Source: an uncultured bacterium
GTDB taxonomy: Bacteria; Nitrospirota; Nitrospiria; Nitrospirales; Nitrospiraceae
Length of the DNA: 64,000 nucleotides
NCBI GenBank assembly: GCA_965233025.1
Contig: CBDDRH010000110.1
Location: 14,272 to 78,271, forward strand
Direction: 5' to 3'
The notes under the pieces are model-generated. The model saw nothing but the letters and a program-made list of their open reading frames with translations, did not search any database and was not told where the DNA came from. The translations under genes were made by a program, and so were the position numbers. The stretch's first letter is position 1. Each line of letters begins with the position of its first letter. Positions 48,938 to 59,914 of the stretch are shown here, one piece after another.

Positions 48938-49756
48938 TTAGCGCGTTTTGGGTTGAACTGCACGCATAGCGGTCTTCAATGAGCGGACAAATTCCGCCAC
49001 ATGCTTCACCATCTCTGGTTTCTGCCGGTGTGCGTCGATCTGCTTCACAATCGAGCTGCCGACGATCACCCCATCGGCAATGGTCGCGATCTTGGCAGCG
49101 TCTTCCGGCGTCGCAACCCCGAAGCCGACCGCCACAGGCACCTTGGTCACTTTCCTGATTTTCTCGACATTCTTACCCACATCAGCCAAGTTGAGCAACT
49201 TCGCTCCGGTGATCCCGGTCAGCGACACGTAATAGACAAAACCCTGTGACTGGCGTGCCACAAAGGTCCGTCGTTCTGCCGTGCTTGTAGGAGCAAGGAG
49301 AAAAATCAAAGGAAGTCCAGCCGCAGCAGCCGGCCCTTTGAGCGGGCCGGCTTCGTCCGGAGGCATATCGGGCAAGATCAACCCGTCAACTCCAACTTGG
49401 GCGCTTTCCTGGCAGAACCGTTCAGGACCGAACGCATGAATACTATTATAGTAAGCCATCAAAACCAGTGGAATTTTGGTTTTGACCCTGAGACGGGCAA
49501 CCATAGAAAGGATCGCTCGAAGTGATGTCCCACTGCGCAAGGCGCGTTCTGCTGCCTGTTGAATGATGGGACCGTCTGCGATGGGGTCGGAAAACGGCAC
49601 ACCAAGTTCAATGATATCGGCCCCGGCCTGTTCTAACTCCACGACGAGTTGTTCCGTCTCCTGCAGTGAGGGATCACCTGCCATCACATAGGTAATGAGG
49701 GCCTTCTCGCCTCGCTGGCGAAGCTGTGCAAAAGTACGGTCGATCTTCAATATCAC
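48938..49756 (-). CDS. trpA: tryptophan synthase alpha chain
   Basis: [17 protein letters not shown] and [13 protein letters not shown]. Confidence 0.95.
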   Translation of the reverse strand: MILKIDRTFAQLRQRGEKALITYVMAGDPSLQETEQLVVELEQAGADIIELGVPFSDPIADGPIIQQAAERALRSGTSLRAILSMVARLRVKTKIPLVLMAYYNSIHAFGPERFCQESAQVGVDGLILPDMPPDEAGPLKGPAAAAGLPLIFLLAPTSTAERRTFVARQSQGFVYYVSLTGITGAKLLNLADVGKNVEKIRKVTKVPVAVGFGVATPEDAAKIATIADGVIVGSSIVKQIDAHRQKPEMVKHVAEFVRSLKTAMRAVQPKTR

Positions 49757-50946
49757 AATGTGATTCCTCGCATCTTGGCAATCTGCTGGACATCCTTATC
49801 CCCACGACCGGATAAATTCACGACCAGAATCTGGTTCTTCTTCATCGTGGACGCCACCTTCACCGTGTGGGCAACAGCATGAGCGCTTTCGAGAGCCGGC
49901 ATGATCCCTTCTTCCCGGGTCAGAAGATCGAACGCCGCCATCGCTTCATCATCGGTCACCGACGTGTATTCGGCTCGACCTTGATCCCGCAGATAGCTGT
50001 GTTCGGGACCGATCGCGGCGTAGTCCAGTCCGGCTGAAACCGAATGGGTCAGATTCACTTGCCCATCGTCACCCTGGAGGAGATAGGTCATGGTGCCTTG
50101 CAAAACACCAGGCCTCCCACCGGCAAAACGCGCGGCGTGCTTTCCGCTCGTGACCCCCATGCCGCCGGCTTCGACGCCGATCATTTTCACCTTCTTGTCC
50201 CGAATGAACGCGTGGAAGAGTCCTATGGCATTACTCCCCCCACCGACGCAGGCAATGAGACAATCCGGCAACCGGCCTTCTGCTGCCAGGATCTGCCGCC
50301 GAGCTTCACGTCCGATGATGGATTGGAAGTCCCGGATCATCATCGGGTAGGGATGAGCCCCCAGCACTGAACCAAGTATGTAGTGAGTTGTGCGGATATT
50401 CGTAGTCCAATCCCGCATGGCTTCACTGATAGCATCTTTGAGCGTGCGGCTTCCCGCGTCGACCCCCGTGACGGTCGCGCCAAGTAATCTCATACGGAAA
50501 ACATTCAACGCCTGGCGCTGCATATCTTCCGTCCCCATATACACTTCACACTGAAGTCCAAACATCGCCGCGACAGTCGCCGTCGCCACTCCATGCTGTC
50601 CAGCTCCGGTTTCAGCGATGACGCGCGGCTTTCGCATTCGCTGGGCCAACAGCCCTTGTCCGATCGCGTTATTGATCTTATGAGCCCCGGTATGGCAGAG
50701 ATCTTCGCGCTTCAAATAGATCTTTGCTCCACCCAGCCTCTTCGTGAGCCGTTGTGCAAAGTACAGTGAAGTAGGACGTCCGGCGTAATGCTTCAAATAA
50801 TAGGCGAGTTCAGACTGGAAGCCCCGGTCTTTTTTCACACGGGCATACTCCTGCTCCAATTCAAGCAGAGCAGGCATGAGTGTTTCAGGGACATAGCGTC
50901 CGCCATAGGCACCGAAGCGACCTTGTTTGTTGGGAACCGACTCCAT
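49753..50946 (-). CDS. trpB: tryptophan synthase beta chain
   Basis: PLP-Lys motif [17 protein letters not shown]. 4-nt overlap with trpA. Confidence 0.97.
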   Translation of the reverse strand: MESVPNKQGRFGAYGGRYVPETLMPALLELEQEYARVKKDRGFQSELAYYLKHYAGRPTSLYFAQRLTKRLGGAKIYLKREDLCHTGAHKINNAIGQGLLAQRMRKPRVIAETGAGQHGVATATVAAMFGLQCEVYMGTEDMQRQALNVFRMRLLGATVTGVDAGSRTLKDAISEAMRDWTTNIRTTHYILGSVLGAHPYPMMIRDFQSIIGREARRQILAAEGRLPDCLIACVGGGSNAIGLFHAFIRDKKVKMIGVEAGGMGVTSGKHAARFAGGRPGVLQGTMTYLLQGDDGQVNLTHSVSAGLDYAAIGPEHSYLRDQGRAEYTSVTDDEAMAAFDLLTREEGIMPALESAHAVAHTVKVASTMKKNQILVVNLSGRGDKDVQQIAKMRGITL

Positions 50947-51061
50947 TACATCCTCATATTCCTATGGCTGCACGAGATGGGAAACGGTTCGAGGTTTTCG
51001 GAACTTCGAGTCGTGCATTTCTCGCACGTCTCGCGCTTCACGCGCCCAAGTATAGACGGGC

Positions 51062-51703
51062 TCATGTCAGAGAGACAACCTTGGCGGCTTGAATGAATGC
51101 ACGCACTTTCTCATGATCCTTCTTGCCCGGCGCTCGCTCAACGCCACTGCTGACATCCACGCCATACGGTTGTACGGCCTGAATCGCCTTCTCAACATTA
51201 TCAGGAGTGAGCCCCCCAGCTAGGAGCACGCTCGCAACCTTGGCAACCTCTGCTGCGAGTTGCCAGTCGATCACCTGTCCAGTGCCTCCATAGGCCCGAT
51301 CTGAAAAGGCGTCCAGTATGAATCCTCGAACGCCGGCCCGCCCACGAAATTCCGCCAAGGCCAGAAATGTGCTCCGATCTTTCATACGCAGCGCTTTGAG
51401 GACGGTACGGCCTAACTCCTTGCAATAGGTCGCAGATTCGTTTCCATGCAATTGTGCGATGGCGAGGCCACAGTCATCCATCAGATTCCGAACAACTTGT
51501 TGGTCTTCATCGACGAATACACCTACCGGTATCACCAAGGGAGGCAAGCTCATCACGATTTGGCGGGCCAGCGTAGGCTCGATAAACCGCGGACTTTTCC
51601 GATAGAACACGAACCCTAAGGCATCGGCCCCCGACTCGACTGCCACAGCGGCATCTTCAGCATTAGTGATGCCACAGATTTTGACTTTGGGTGTATAGGG
51701 CAT
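51062..51703 (-). CDS. trpF: phosphoribosylanthranilate isomerase
   Basis: MPYTPKVKICGITN, ADALGFVF. Start ATG 51703 sits directly after the trpC stop (ORF track start 51763). Confidence 0.9.
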   Translation of the reverse strand: MPYTPKVKICGITNAEDAAVAVESGADALGFVFYRKSPRFIEPTLARQIVMSLPPLVIPVGVFVDEDQQVVRNLMDDCGLAIAQLHGNESATYCKELGRTVLKALRMKDRSTFLALAEFRGRAGVRGFILDAFSDRAYGGTGQVIDWQLAAEVAKVASVLLAGGLTPDNVEKAIQAVQPYGVDVSSGVERAPGKKDHEKVRAFIQAAKVVSLT

Positions 51704-51704
51704 C

Positions 51705-52526
51705 TTAGGCGTGCGACGGAGCCGGAACTCCTCGCAACTCACGGATCTTGCTCCCGATGTCATCGGCTCGAATCAGTGATTCTCCGACTAGCATGGCATG
51801 GATGCCAGCTTCAACCAACCGGACCACGTCGGCGCGCTCATGGATGCCGCTTTCACTGACAATCAACTTGCCGGAAGGAATCCGTTTCGCCAGGCGCAGC
51901 GTAACAGCCAGATCGGTCGTGAAGGTCTTGAGATCCCGGTTGTTGATGCCGATCAGCCGCGCTTCCGGAAGTCGTTCCAATACCGTATCCAGTTCGCGTT
52001 CATGATGGATCTCAATGAGTACATCTACGCTCAACCCCTTGGCGAGTGCGTAGAAATCGATCAATTGCTGCCGTTCAAGGGCAGCGACAATCAAGAGGAC
52101 CGCATCGGCCCCGTTGGCCCGTGCTTCGTAAAACTGGATCTCATCGACCATGAACTCCTTGTTCAAAGCAGGTATGGGCACCGATTGTTTGATCTCACGG
52201 AGATAGTCAAGGCTCCCCTGGAAGAAATCCTTGTCGGTTAAGACGGACAATGCCGCGGCGCCATGGGCATAATATGTCTTGGCAATCTCGATGTAGTCAA
52301 ACCGATCGGAGAACTCGGGGCGGAGAAGACCAAGACTGGGTGACGCTTTTTTCACTTCGGCAATCAACGAAGGGCTGCCGGCCGTTCTCATGGCCTCGAG
52401 GGTTACAGCAAAACCCAGTGGGCTTGGCGCGTCTTGAATCTTGGCTTTCAGTTCAGAGAGGTAGCCCCGGCTGTGCTTGTGCCGGAGTTCAGCTTTCTTA
52501 TGCTCGAGAATGCGAGAGAGAATCAC
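51705..52526 (-). CDS. trpC: indole-3-glycerol phosphate synthase
   Basis: IAEVKKASPS, LSVLTDKDFFQGS, NNRDL. ORF track start 52670 overlaps trpD by 137 nt. GTG 52526 (VILSRILEHKK), 8 nt after the trpD stop, gives a typical length of about 273 aa. Confidence 0.85.
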   Translation of the reverse strand: MILSRILEHKKAELRHKHSRGYLSELKAKIQDAPSPLGFAVTLEAMRTAGSPSLIAEVKKASPSLGLLRPEFSDRFDYIEIAKTYYAHGAAALSVLTDKDFFQGSLDYLREIKQSVPIPALNKEFMVDEIQFYEARANGADAVLLIVAALERQQLIDFYALAKGLSVDVLIEIHHERELDTVLERLPEARLIGINNRDLKTFTTDLAVTLRLAKRIPSGKLIVSESGIHERADVVRLVEAGIHAMLVGESLIRADDIGSKIRELRGVPAPSHA

Positions 52527-52533
52527 GATCGCA

Positions 52534-53547
52534 TCAGCCCTTATTCGTAAATGCGATGAGGCGAGCCAACTTCTCGGCCGCGGCACCGGAATCGATGGAC
52601 TGGCCCGCCAAGCGAAATCCGTCTTGAAGGCTTCTCGCCTTGCGCCCTGCAACGAGAGCTGGAGCGGCATTCAAACAGACAATGTCCCGTTTGGGTCCTT
52701 TCCGCCCTTGGAGAATGTCTCGAGTAATCATGGCATTCTCTTGCGGCGTCCCTCCGGCAAGCTGTTTGGCTGGGATCAGCGCCAGTCCGAACTCCGCCGG
52801 GTCCAGGAAATAGTTCGAAAGAACACCCCCCTTGGCCTCCGAAATCTGTGTCTTTGCCGTCATGGTAATTTCATCGAGTCCGTCCATCCCATGTACGACA
52901 AAACAATGTTGCGATCCCAGATGCATGAGCACATTCCCCAGTAGAGAAGTCAATCGGCCCTCATAGACACCAAGTACTTGAATGGCGGCTCCTGCTGGAT
53001 TGGTGAGCGGGCCCAAGAGATTCAGCATAGTCCGGATGCCCATCTCCTGTCTTGGGGCGCCACAATGTTTCATGGCTCCATGATAGAGCGGAGCGAAGAG
53101 AAAACCGATCCCGGCCTCATTGATACAATCGGCTACACGTTCAGTCGGTAAATCGATCTTAACCCCGAGGGCCGAGAGGACGTCTGCGCTTCCTGACTTG
53201 GACGAGACGGAACGGTTGCCGTGCTTTGCCACAGTCAAACCTGCGCCTGCAAGGACAAACGCCGTCGTGGTGGAAATATTAAACGTGTGCGCCCCATCCC
53301 CACCAGTCCCACAAGTATCTACGACCAGGGGATCTGCGACGGCAATGCGGACGGCCTTGGCACGCATAGCCCGCACGGAACCGGAAATTTCTTCGACGGT
53401 TTCTCCCTTCAGACGGAGACCCATCAAGTAGGCCGCAATCTGAGCAGAAGTCGCTGCGCCTTCCATGATCTCAAGCATCACCGCTTCGGCTTCTGGTTCG
53501 GTGAGAGAGGCGCGGTCGGCGAGTGTGGCAATCGCGTCTTTGATCAT
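52534..53547 (-). CDS. trpD: anthranilate phosphoribosyltransferase
   Basis: DTCGTGGDGAHTFNISTT, KHGNRSVSSKSGSADV. Confidence 0.95.
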   Translation of the reverse strand: MIKDAIATLADRASLTEPEAEAVMLEIMEGAATSAQIAAYLMGLRLKGETVEEISGSVRAMRAKAVRIAVADPLVVDTCGTGGDGAHTFNISTTTAFVLAGAGLTVAKHGNRSVSSKSGSADVLSALGVKIDLPTERVADCINEAGIGFLFAPLYHGAMKHCGAPRQEMGIRTMLNLLGPLTNPAGAAIQVLGVYEGRLTSLLGNVLMHLGSQHCFVVHGMDGLDEITMTAKTQISEAKGGVLSNYFLDPAEFGLALIPAKQLAGGTPQENAMITRDILQGRKGPKRDIVCLNAAPALVAGRKARSLQDGFRLAGQSIDSGAAAEKLARLIAFTNKG

Positions 53548-53571
53548 GGCTCGGAAACCAGGCTGGTCTGC

Positions 53572-54135
53572 CTACAGTTTAAGGAAGTTACGGAGGAGGT
53601 CTTTTCCCGCCATGGTGAGAATCGACTCCGGATGAAACTGCACCCCTTCGATACCCAACGACCGATGGCGCAGTCCCATGATTTCCCCCTCGGCCGTTTC
53701 GGCGGAAATCTCAAAACAGCGGGGTAGCGTCTCTCGCTTCACAATCAAAGAATGATAGCGTGTCGCCTCAAAGGGATCGGGCAGTTGATGGAAAATCGTC
53801 TTTCCATCGTGCTGGATCTTCGACGTTTTGCCATGCATCAACCGTTCGGCTCGAACAACTTCGCCTCCGAACGCCACCGCCAGAGATTGATGGCCGAGAC
53901 AGACGCCTAAGAGCGGGAGGCGCCCACCAAAGTGCCGGATGGTTTCGACCGATATGCCTGCTTCTACCGGTGTGCAGGGCCCCGGAGAAATGACGATGCG
54001 GCTGGGATGCAACGATTCGATCTCGTCGATCGTAATCTTATTGTTGCGGAATACCCGGACGTCCTCACCCAATTCCCCGAAATATTGGACGAGGTTATAG
54101 GTAAAGGAGTCAAAGTTGTCGATCATCAGTAGCAT
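53572..54135 (-). CDS. trpG: anthranilate synthase component II (glutamine amidotransferase)
   Basis: [18 protein letters not shown], catalytic GVCLGHQ, FHPES. Confidence 0.95.
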   Translation of the reverse strand: MLLMIDNFDSFTYNLVQYFGELGEDVRVFRNNKITIDEIESLHPSRIVISPGPCTPVEAGISVETIRHFGGRLPLLGVCLGHQSLAVAFGGEVVRAERLMHGKTSKIQHDGKTIFHQLPDPFEATRYHSLIVKRETLPRCFEISAETAEGEIMGLRHRSLGIEGVQFHPESILTMAGKDLLRNFLKL

Positions 54136-54241
54136 GGCAATAGCCCTAAAGTCTGGGGGTCAAAAGTCGTCAGGTCACATGGTATACAAGTGGTCTCCGA
54201 GGACTTGATGAACGTGAAGACTTTTCGACTTTCGACTCTTT

Positions 54242-55738
54242 CTATTCCAGCCCCTGCTCGGCCAATTCAACAGCTTTCATCATGGCCTGAGCCTTATTGC
54301 AGGTCTCTTCATATTCATGTTCAGGATTCGAATCGGCGACAATGCCTGCCCCGGCTTGAATGAAAGCCTGGTGCTTTTTCACCACGACCGTCCGAATGTT
54401 GATGCACATGTCCATGTTGCCGGAAAAGCTAAAGTAGCCTACCGCGCCGGCATAGGGACCTCGCCTCGTAGGCTCGAGTTCATCAATGATCTGCATGGCT
54501 CGAATCTTTGGCGCCCCGGAGACCGTGCCGGCCGGGAAACAGGCCCGCAACACGTCGTATGAGGTCTTCGACGCATCCAATTGTCCTGTCACATTCGACA
54601 CAATATGCATGACATGGGAATACCGCTCGACATGCATGAGCGAGTCCACAGTGACCGAGCCTGGTTTCGCCACGCGGCCGACATCGTTCCGCCCAAGATC
54701 GACCAGCATCACATGTTCGGCCCGCTCTTTTTCATCCGCCAAGAGCCGCCGCTCCATCTGCTGATCTTCTTCAGACGTAACACCGCGGCGGCGCGTCCCG
54801 GCAATGGGACGGAGAGAAATGACACTGTTCTCGCATCGAACGAGCGTTTCGGGAGAGGAACCGACCAATTCGACCCCCGCGATACGGAGGTAATACATAT
54901 AGGGAGAAGGATTCACGACGCGCAACGCGCGATAGAGTTGCAAAGGCGGCGCCTGGACGTTCGTCTCCCATCGCTGGGATAACACCGCTTGCACGATATC
55001 GCCGGCCCGAATATATTCCTTCGTCCGTATGACCATCTTCTCAAAGTCTGCCTTGCTCATGTTCGCCGTAAAACTCACCGGCCGGCGGCGACGATGCGGG
55101 CGCGTTCGACGGAGTGGACGTTTGAGCCTCGTGATCGTGCGTTCGATCCGTTCCATCGCCGACCTGTAGGCGACTTTGATGCCACGTTCTCCCTTTGCCG
55201 TGACATGGGCCGTGGCTACGACTTTGATCTTCTGTGCGACATTGTCGAAAATCAGCATGGTATCGGTGAGCAGAAAAGCGAAGTCCGGCAGTGCAAGTGA
55301 GTCCTTCTGCCGGGCGGGCAAGTCTTCGAACGTGCGCACCATGTCGTAGCTTAGATATCCGACGGCGCCGCCGACGAACGGGGGAAGGTCCGGCACGGTG
55401 ACCGGACGATAGCTTTCCATCATCTCCCGGAGACGTTCGAGAGGGTTCCCACGGCTAGGAATACGCTTTTTGCGCGTCCCATGCACGACAAGAAGGTCGC
55501 CTCGATCCTCGTACACGACAACAGGCGAACCACTCCCGAGAAAGGAGTAGCGCGCCCACTTCTCACCACCCTCAATAGACTCTAGGAGGTACGCGGAAGG
55601 GCCATGGTCGATTTTGGCAAAGGCAGAAACGGGAGTCTCATAGTCCGCGAGAATCTCCCGATAGAGCGGAACGAGATTGCCCTCTCCGGCATACTGCCGA
55701 AATTGGTCGAGACTGAGTGAGTATTGTGGCGGGGCCAC
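54242..55738 (-). CDS. trpE: anthranilate synthase component I
   Basis: Chorismate-binding core GGAVGYLSYD, LSQRW, GAPKIRAMQII, GAVGYFSFSGNMD. GTG start with AGGA upstream. Confidence 0.95.
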   Translation of the reverse strand: MAPPQYSLSLDQFRQYAGEGNLVPLYREILADYETPVSAFAKIDHGPSAYLLESIEGGEKWARYSFLGSGSPVVVYEDRGDLLVVHGTRKKRIPSRGNPLERLREMMESYRPVTVPDLPPFVGGAVGYLSYDMVRTFEDLPARQKDSLALPDFAFLLTDTMLIFDNVAQKIKVVATAHVTAKGERGIKVAYRSAMERIERTITRLKRPLRRTRPHRRRRPVSFTANMSKADFEKMVIRTKEYIRAGDIVQAVLSQRWETNVQAPPLQLYRALRVVNPSPYMYYLRIAGVELVGSSPETLVRCENSVISLRPIAGTRRRGVTSEEDQQMERRLLADEKERAEHVMLVDLGRNDVGRVAKPGSVTVDSLMHVERYSHVMHIVSNVTGQLDASKTSYDVLRACFPAGTVSGAPKIRAMQIIDELEPTRRGPYAGAVGYFSFSGNMDMCINIRTVVVKKHQAFIQAGAGIVADSNPEHEYEETCNKAQAMMKAVELAEQGLE

Positions 55739-55750
55739 GCGGGCGTCCTA

Positions 55751-56395
55751 TTACTCTTGGCCCACGATGAGCTTCTGTCCTACCTCGATAATGTCGTCCG
55801 GCAGCTTGTTCCACTTCCTGATCTTGTCGACTGAAACGCCATGCTGCCGGCTGATCCGATAGAGTGTTTCACCCGGCTTCACGACATGAACGCCAGGCGA
55901 CCGCATGCTTCCCATTGACGATTCTGATTCCCCAGGTACGGCCGAAGCGTCCGGAGCGATCCCGAGAGCCGACGCGCTCAGATCCACACTATCAAGCGTC
56001 GGTTCGACCGGCAATGCTTTACGCGTCGGCTTGAGCCCGCGCTTCATGTCCGCTTTAGCTTTACGGTCCAGCTGCGCAAATTCCTTCATGGACTCGGATT
56101 CTTCCTGCACACGGGCCAATTGATCACGAGAGTCTTGCAGTTGTGCCGCGAGCTCTCGATTTCTCGCCTCATATTCCATCAATTCATTCTTGGTCCGCTT
56201 CACCTCACTGTCAAGTTCGCCGGTACGCTTCTCTTCCTGGGCGAGAAGGCGTTGGAAATTCAGGCTGCGCGCCTTTTCGGCATCATACTTCTCCGCCATG
56301 ACACATCCGCTCATCAACAGCCCGCCGCAGATGATAGTGACGATTCGATAGCTGAACTTGGGTATCAACTTATTCACGCAATTCTCCCCTTTCAT
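55751..56395 (-). CDS. LysM-domain lipoprotein with coiled coil
   Basis: Lipobox LMSGC after ATG 56395 (ORF track start 56605). Central coiled coil (EEKRTGELDSEVKRTKNELMEYEARNRELAAQLQ). C-terminal LysM domain HVVKPGETLYRISRQHGVSVDKIRKWNKL. Confidence 0.75.
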   Translation of the reverse strand: MKGENCVNKLIPKFSYRIVTIICGGLLMSGCVMAEKYDAEKARSLNFQRLLAQEEKRTGELDSEVKRTKNELMEYEARNRELAAQLQDSRDQLARVQEESESMKEFAQLDRKAKADMKRGLKPTRKALPVEPTLDSVDLSASALGIAPDASAVPGESESSMGSMRSPGVHVVKPGETLYRISRQHGVSVDKIRKWNKLPDDIIEVGQKLIVGQE

Positions 56396-56613
56396 GGACA
56401 CCTCCCCTGGCGGTCGTAACGAAAATTCCCTCTTGCAGCAACGGGTGGACGCTGGGTTCAGGCAATGAAAATTCGTCTTAGATTCGTGTATTAGAATAGT
56501 GGCTATCGCGGTGAAAGTCAAAGCGAATGTGGCGTCTTCGATGTTTGACCGCCTCCATCGCCCTATGGTACGGTCGAACGCGTCACTTCCTCTGTTCGAC
56601 ACCATCCAGTCCT

Positions 56614-58641
56614 ATGGCCCACGCCGACATCTTTGCCAGACTGATTGCCCTCAGAAACGAGATCAGGCACCACGACTATCTGTACTACGTCAAGGATCGC
56701 CCGGAGGTTTCCGATTCCCACTACGATCGACTCTTTCGAGAGCTGGTTGAATTAGAGCAGGCCTACCCTGAGTTGGTGACGCCGGATTCTCCATCGCAAC
56801 GTGTCGGCGCACCGCCGCTCCAGGAATTACTCAAAGTCCCCCACGAACAGCCGATGCTCAGTCTGGACTCGATTGTAGATGCGGGCGAGGTTCTGGCATT
56901 CGACCAACGAATGAAACGCGAACTGGAAGCCTTGTCCGTTGAGTATAGTGCCGAACCAAAATTCGATGGGTTATCGGTCGAGTTGATGTACGACCAGGGA
57001 AGCTTTACCCGTGGAGCGACCAGAGGCGACGGTGCGACCGGAGAGGATGTGACCGTCAATCTTCGCACGATCCGTTCTCTGCCACTGCAATTACAGGCAC
57101 AATCAGGCCTCCCCGATCATCTTGTCGTACGAGGCGAAGTGTATATGCGCCTTGATGATTTCCAAGCTTTGAATCGGCGTATAACAGAACGAGGCGGCGA
57201 TGCCTTTGCCAATCCTCGGAATGCGGCTTCTGGCTCGCTCCGACAACTCGATTCCACAATTACTGCGACCCGTCCGTTGGTCGTGACCTGTTACGAAATC
57301 ATGGCCATGTCCGCGACCATTCCAGCGACACATTGGGATGAACTGGAGACGTTGGCCCAGTGGGGTCTCCCTGTGCCGACACATCGGCGCCTCTGTGCTT
57401 CAATCAATGACGTGATGGCGTTTCACCACGAAACGGAATTGATTCGAGACCAGCTACCCTATGAAATCGATGGCGTGGTGGTGAAGGTGAATAGCCGAGA
57501 CTGGCAGAACCGCCTGGGCATGAAGTCTCGCAGTCCCCGCTGGGCCATTGCCTATAAATTTGCACCACGCAAGGAATTCACCGTCGTACAGGATATTGCC
57601 GTCTCTGTCGGGAGAACCGGAACCCTCACGCCCGTCGCGTTATTGAAACCGGTGGAAGTTGGTGGCGTCACCATTAGCCGGGCCACGTTGCACAATGTCG
57701 ATGAGGTAGCACGGAAGGACATCCGGGTCGGCGATACCGTCAAAGTGGAACGAGCGGGGGATGTGATTCCCGCAATTGCCGAACGTGTTCCCATCCCTGG
57801 AGAGCAACGCACCGATCCATTTCATATGCCAGAACGTTGCCCCGTGTGTGGATCGAGTGTCGGTCGCGAAGGCGCCTATTTCTACTGTACCGGCCAACTG
57901 GTCTGCAGCGCCCAACTAAAGGGAGCGATCGAACACTTTGCGTCCAAGCATGCACTGAACATTGAAGGTTTAGGAAAGAAGACCGTGGCGCAGCTGGTTG
58001 ATCAAGAATTGGTACGCTCACTCGACGACCTCTATCGACTGACCAAAGATGACCTCATGAAACTTGATGGGTTTGCCGATCGATCCGCCACACTCCTATT
58101 GGACTCGATTGCAGGGAGGAAAGCCGTTCCCCTGGATCGATTTCTGATGGGACTCGGGATCCGGCAAGTCGGGCAGCATATCGCCAAAGTCCTGGCCAGA
58201 GAGTTTGGATCACTCGATGAGATCCTATCGGCGGATCGGGAGCGACTTCAGCAAATTCGAGAGATAGGTCCTGAGATTTCAGACAGCTTGGTGGCCTATT
58301 GCGCAGAACCCCGCAATCGGAAAGTGATCACACAACTCAAGAAATCAGGCGTACAGGTTGCGCCGGGCATGGCAACGGGCGACCGAAAGAAATCTCCGCT
58401 CGCGGGGAAGACGTTCGTATTTACCGGCGGACTGGATCACTTCACACGAGCCGATGCGCAACAGGCCGTAGAAGCAGCAGGAGCACGCGTCGCCTCAAGC
58501 GTGAGCAAAAGGACCTCTTACGCGGTAGCGGGACGAGACCCGGGTTCTAAACTGAACCAGGCCCGTGCGCTCGGGGTGACGATTCTGACAGAACAGGAGT
58601 TTGCTTCCCTGGTTGGGAAGCTGGAAAAAAGCGTTAGCTGA
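56614..58641 (+). CDS. ligA: NAD-dependent DNA ligase
   Basis: Adenylation Lys in EPKFDGLSVEL, Zn finger CPVCGS..CTGQLVC, HhH and C-terminal BRCT (GKTFVFTG). Start ATG 56614 (ORF track 56527). Confidence 0.96.
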   Translation: MAHADIFARLIALRNEIRHHDYLYYVKDRPEVSDSHYDRLFRELVELEQAYPELVTPDSPSQRVGAPPLQELLKVPHEQPMLSLDSIVDAGEVLAFDQRMKRELEALSVEYSAEPKFDGLSVELMYDQGSFTRGATRGDGATGEDVTVNLRTIRSLPLQLQAQSGLPDHLVVRGEVYMRLDDFQALNRRITERGGDAFANPRNAASGSLRQLDSTITATRPLVVTCYEIMAMSATIPATHWDELETLAQWGLPVPTHRRLCASINDVMAFHHETELIRDQLPYEIDGVVVKVNSRDWQNRLGMKSRSPRWAIAYKFAPRKEFTVVQDIAVSVGRTGTLTPVALLKPVEVGGVTISRATLHNVDEVARKDIRVGDTVKVERAGDVIPAIAERVPIPGEQRTDPFHMPERCPVCGSSVGREGAYFYCTGQLVCSAQLKGAIEHFASKHALNIEGLGKKTVAQLVDQELVRSLDDLYRLTKDDLMKLDGFADRSATLLLDSIAGRKAVPLDRFLMGLGIRQVGQHIAKVLAREFGSLDEILSADRERLQQIREIGPEISDSLVAYCAEPRNRKVITQLKKSGVQVAPGMATGDRKKSPLAGKTFVFTGGLDHFTRADAQQAVEAAGARVASSVSKRTSYAVAGRDPGSKLNQARALGVTILTEQEFASLVGKLEKSVS

Positions 58642-59914
58642 CAAGGTCGAGATTCGGAGTTTCGACGTGAGCCGGCGCTTTCTCTTCACGAAAGATCTGA
58701 ACGCTGCGGATGGATCGTGGTTCGGCTTCATGGATGAGAATTCTGCAGTTGGCGATCCGCACTTCCTCTCCAACCTTGGGGATTCGACCAAGCTCCTGTT
58801 GAATAAGGCCTCCGATCGTCACAGCTTCATCGCCGAGATCGACCTTCAGGAAATCGTTGACCTTACGCACTTCGGTTCGACTGTGAACAAGGATATGGTT
58901 CTTCCCTAACCGTTTGATCAATTCTTCCGTAATATCGGTTTCGTCCATGATCTCCCCGACTACTTCCTCGAGAAGATCTTCAAGCGTCACAATCCCCATT
59001 ACACCGCCGAACTCGTTGACCACGACGGCCATATGCCGTTTTTCCTGCTGAAACTGCTTCATGAGGTCGTCCGCCGTCTTGCCTGAGGGAACAAACAGCG
59101 GGGGATAGGCAATGTCCTTGAGTTTTGACTCATTCTGCCCCTTCGCGAGTTCGGTCAAGGCTCTCGTCTTGTAGAGAATCCCCGTGATGTTATCCAGCGT
59201 CCCGTCATACACAGGAATCCGCGAATATTTCGAGTTATATAGGAGTTCCTGCGCCTCTTTCAGGCACATGCTCCCATCCAATGAAAAAACATAGAGACGA
59301 GGAGTCATTGCGTCTTCAGCTGTAATATCTTTCAACTGAAAGACGTTCTTGATCATTTTCACTTTTTCAAACTCAATGGTCCCGGTCTTCCCCCCCTCAT
59401 CCAGCATGATCTTCAACTCTTCTTCGGTGACGAGAGGGAGCGTCAGTCCTTTCCCTCCTGTGAGTTTGTAGATCATCGGCACGATCACGAACAATAATGG
59501 CTTAAGAAGTAGCTGAACCCCGTAAACGGGATAGGCCATATTGAGAGTCACTGGAACCGAAAACTTGGCTGCGAGTGTCTTAGGGATTACATCGACCGCC
59601 ACCAAGCTGACAAACGTCAGCAAACCGACCATCACGGCAATCGCTTCGTCAAGAATTGTCTGGCCTCCATAAATGCTCAGGGTGAGAAAGGTGGCATACA
59701 TCGGTGTCGCCACGCCAATCAGCCGGTCGCCGACCAGAATGGTTGAGAGGAGCTTTTGAGGGTCACTACGGAGATGGAGGGCTAGCTTCGCACGTTTATT
59801 CCCAGTTTGGGCGAGCGCCTTCAGCTTCGTTGAGTTGACCGCAAAGAAACCGATTTCGGCCGTGGAAATCACAGCTGAAAGAACAATAAGACCTAAGAGG
59901 ATTAGGACATCCAT
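58634..59914 (-). CDS. CNNM/DUF21-CBS-CorC_HlyC family protein (hemolysin family; putative divalent-cation efflux)
   Basis: N-terminal 4-TM DUF21 domain, a CBS pair (DAMTPRLYVFSL, YSRIPVYDG) and a C-terminal CorC_HlyC-like domain. Converges on ligA with an 8-nt overlap. Confidence 0.85.
   Translation of the reverse strand: MDVLILLGLIVLSAVISTAEIGFFAVNSTKLKALAQTGNKRAKLALHLRSDPQKLLSTILVGDRLIGVATPMYATFLTLSIYGGQTILDEAIAVMVGLLTFVSLVAVDVIPKTLAAKFSVPVTLNMAYPVYGVQLLLKPLLFVIVPMIYKLTGGKGLTLPLVTEEELKIMLDEGGKTGTIEFEKVKMIKNVFQLKDITAEDAMTPRLYVFSLDGSMCLKEAQELLYNSKYSRIPVYDGTLDNITGILYKTRALTELAKGQNESKLKDIAYPPLFVPSGKTADDLMKQFQQEKRHMAVVVNEFGGVMGIVTLEDLLEEVVGEIMDETDITEELIKRLGKNHILVHSRTEVRKVNDFLKVDLGDEAVTIGGLIQQELGRIPKVGEEVRIANCRILIHEAEPRSIRSVQIFREEKAPAHVETPNLDLVS

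Noticed and set aside
58634-58641. 8-nt convergent overlap of the ligA and CNNM-gene stop regions
   Set aside because: It is real in the sequence, but such overlaps are common in compact genomes and carry no specific functional implication.
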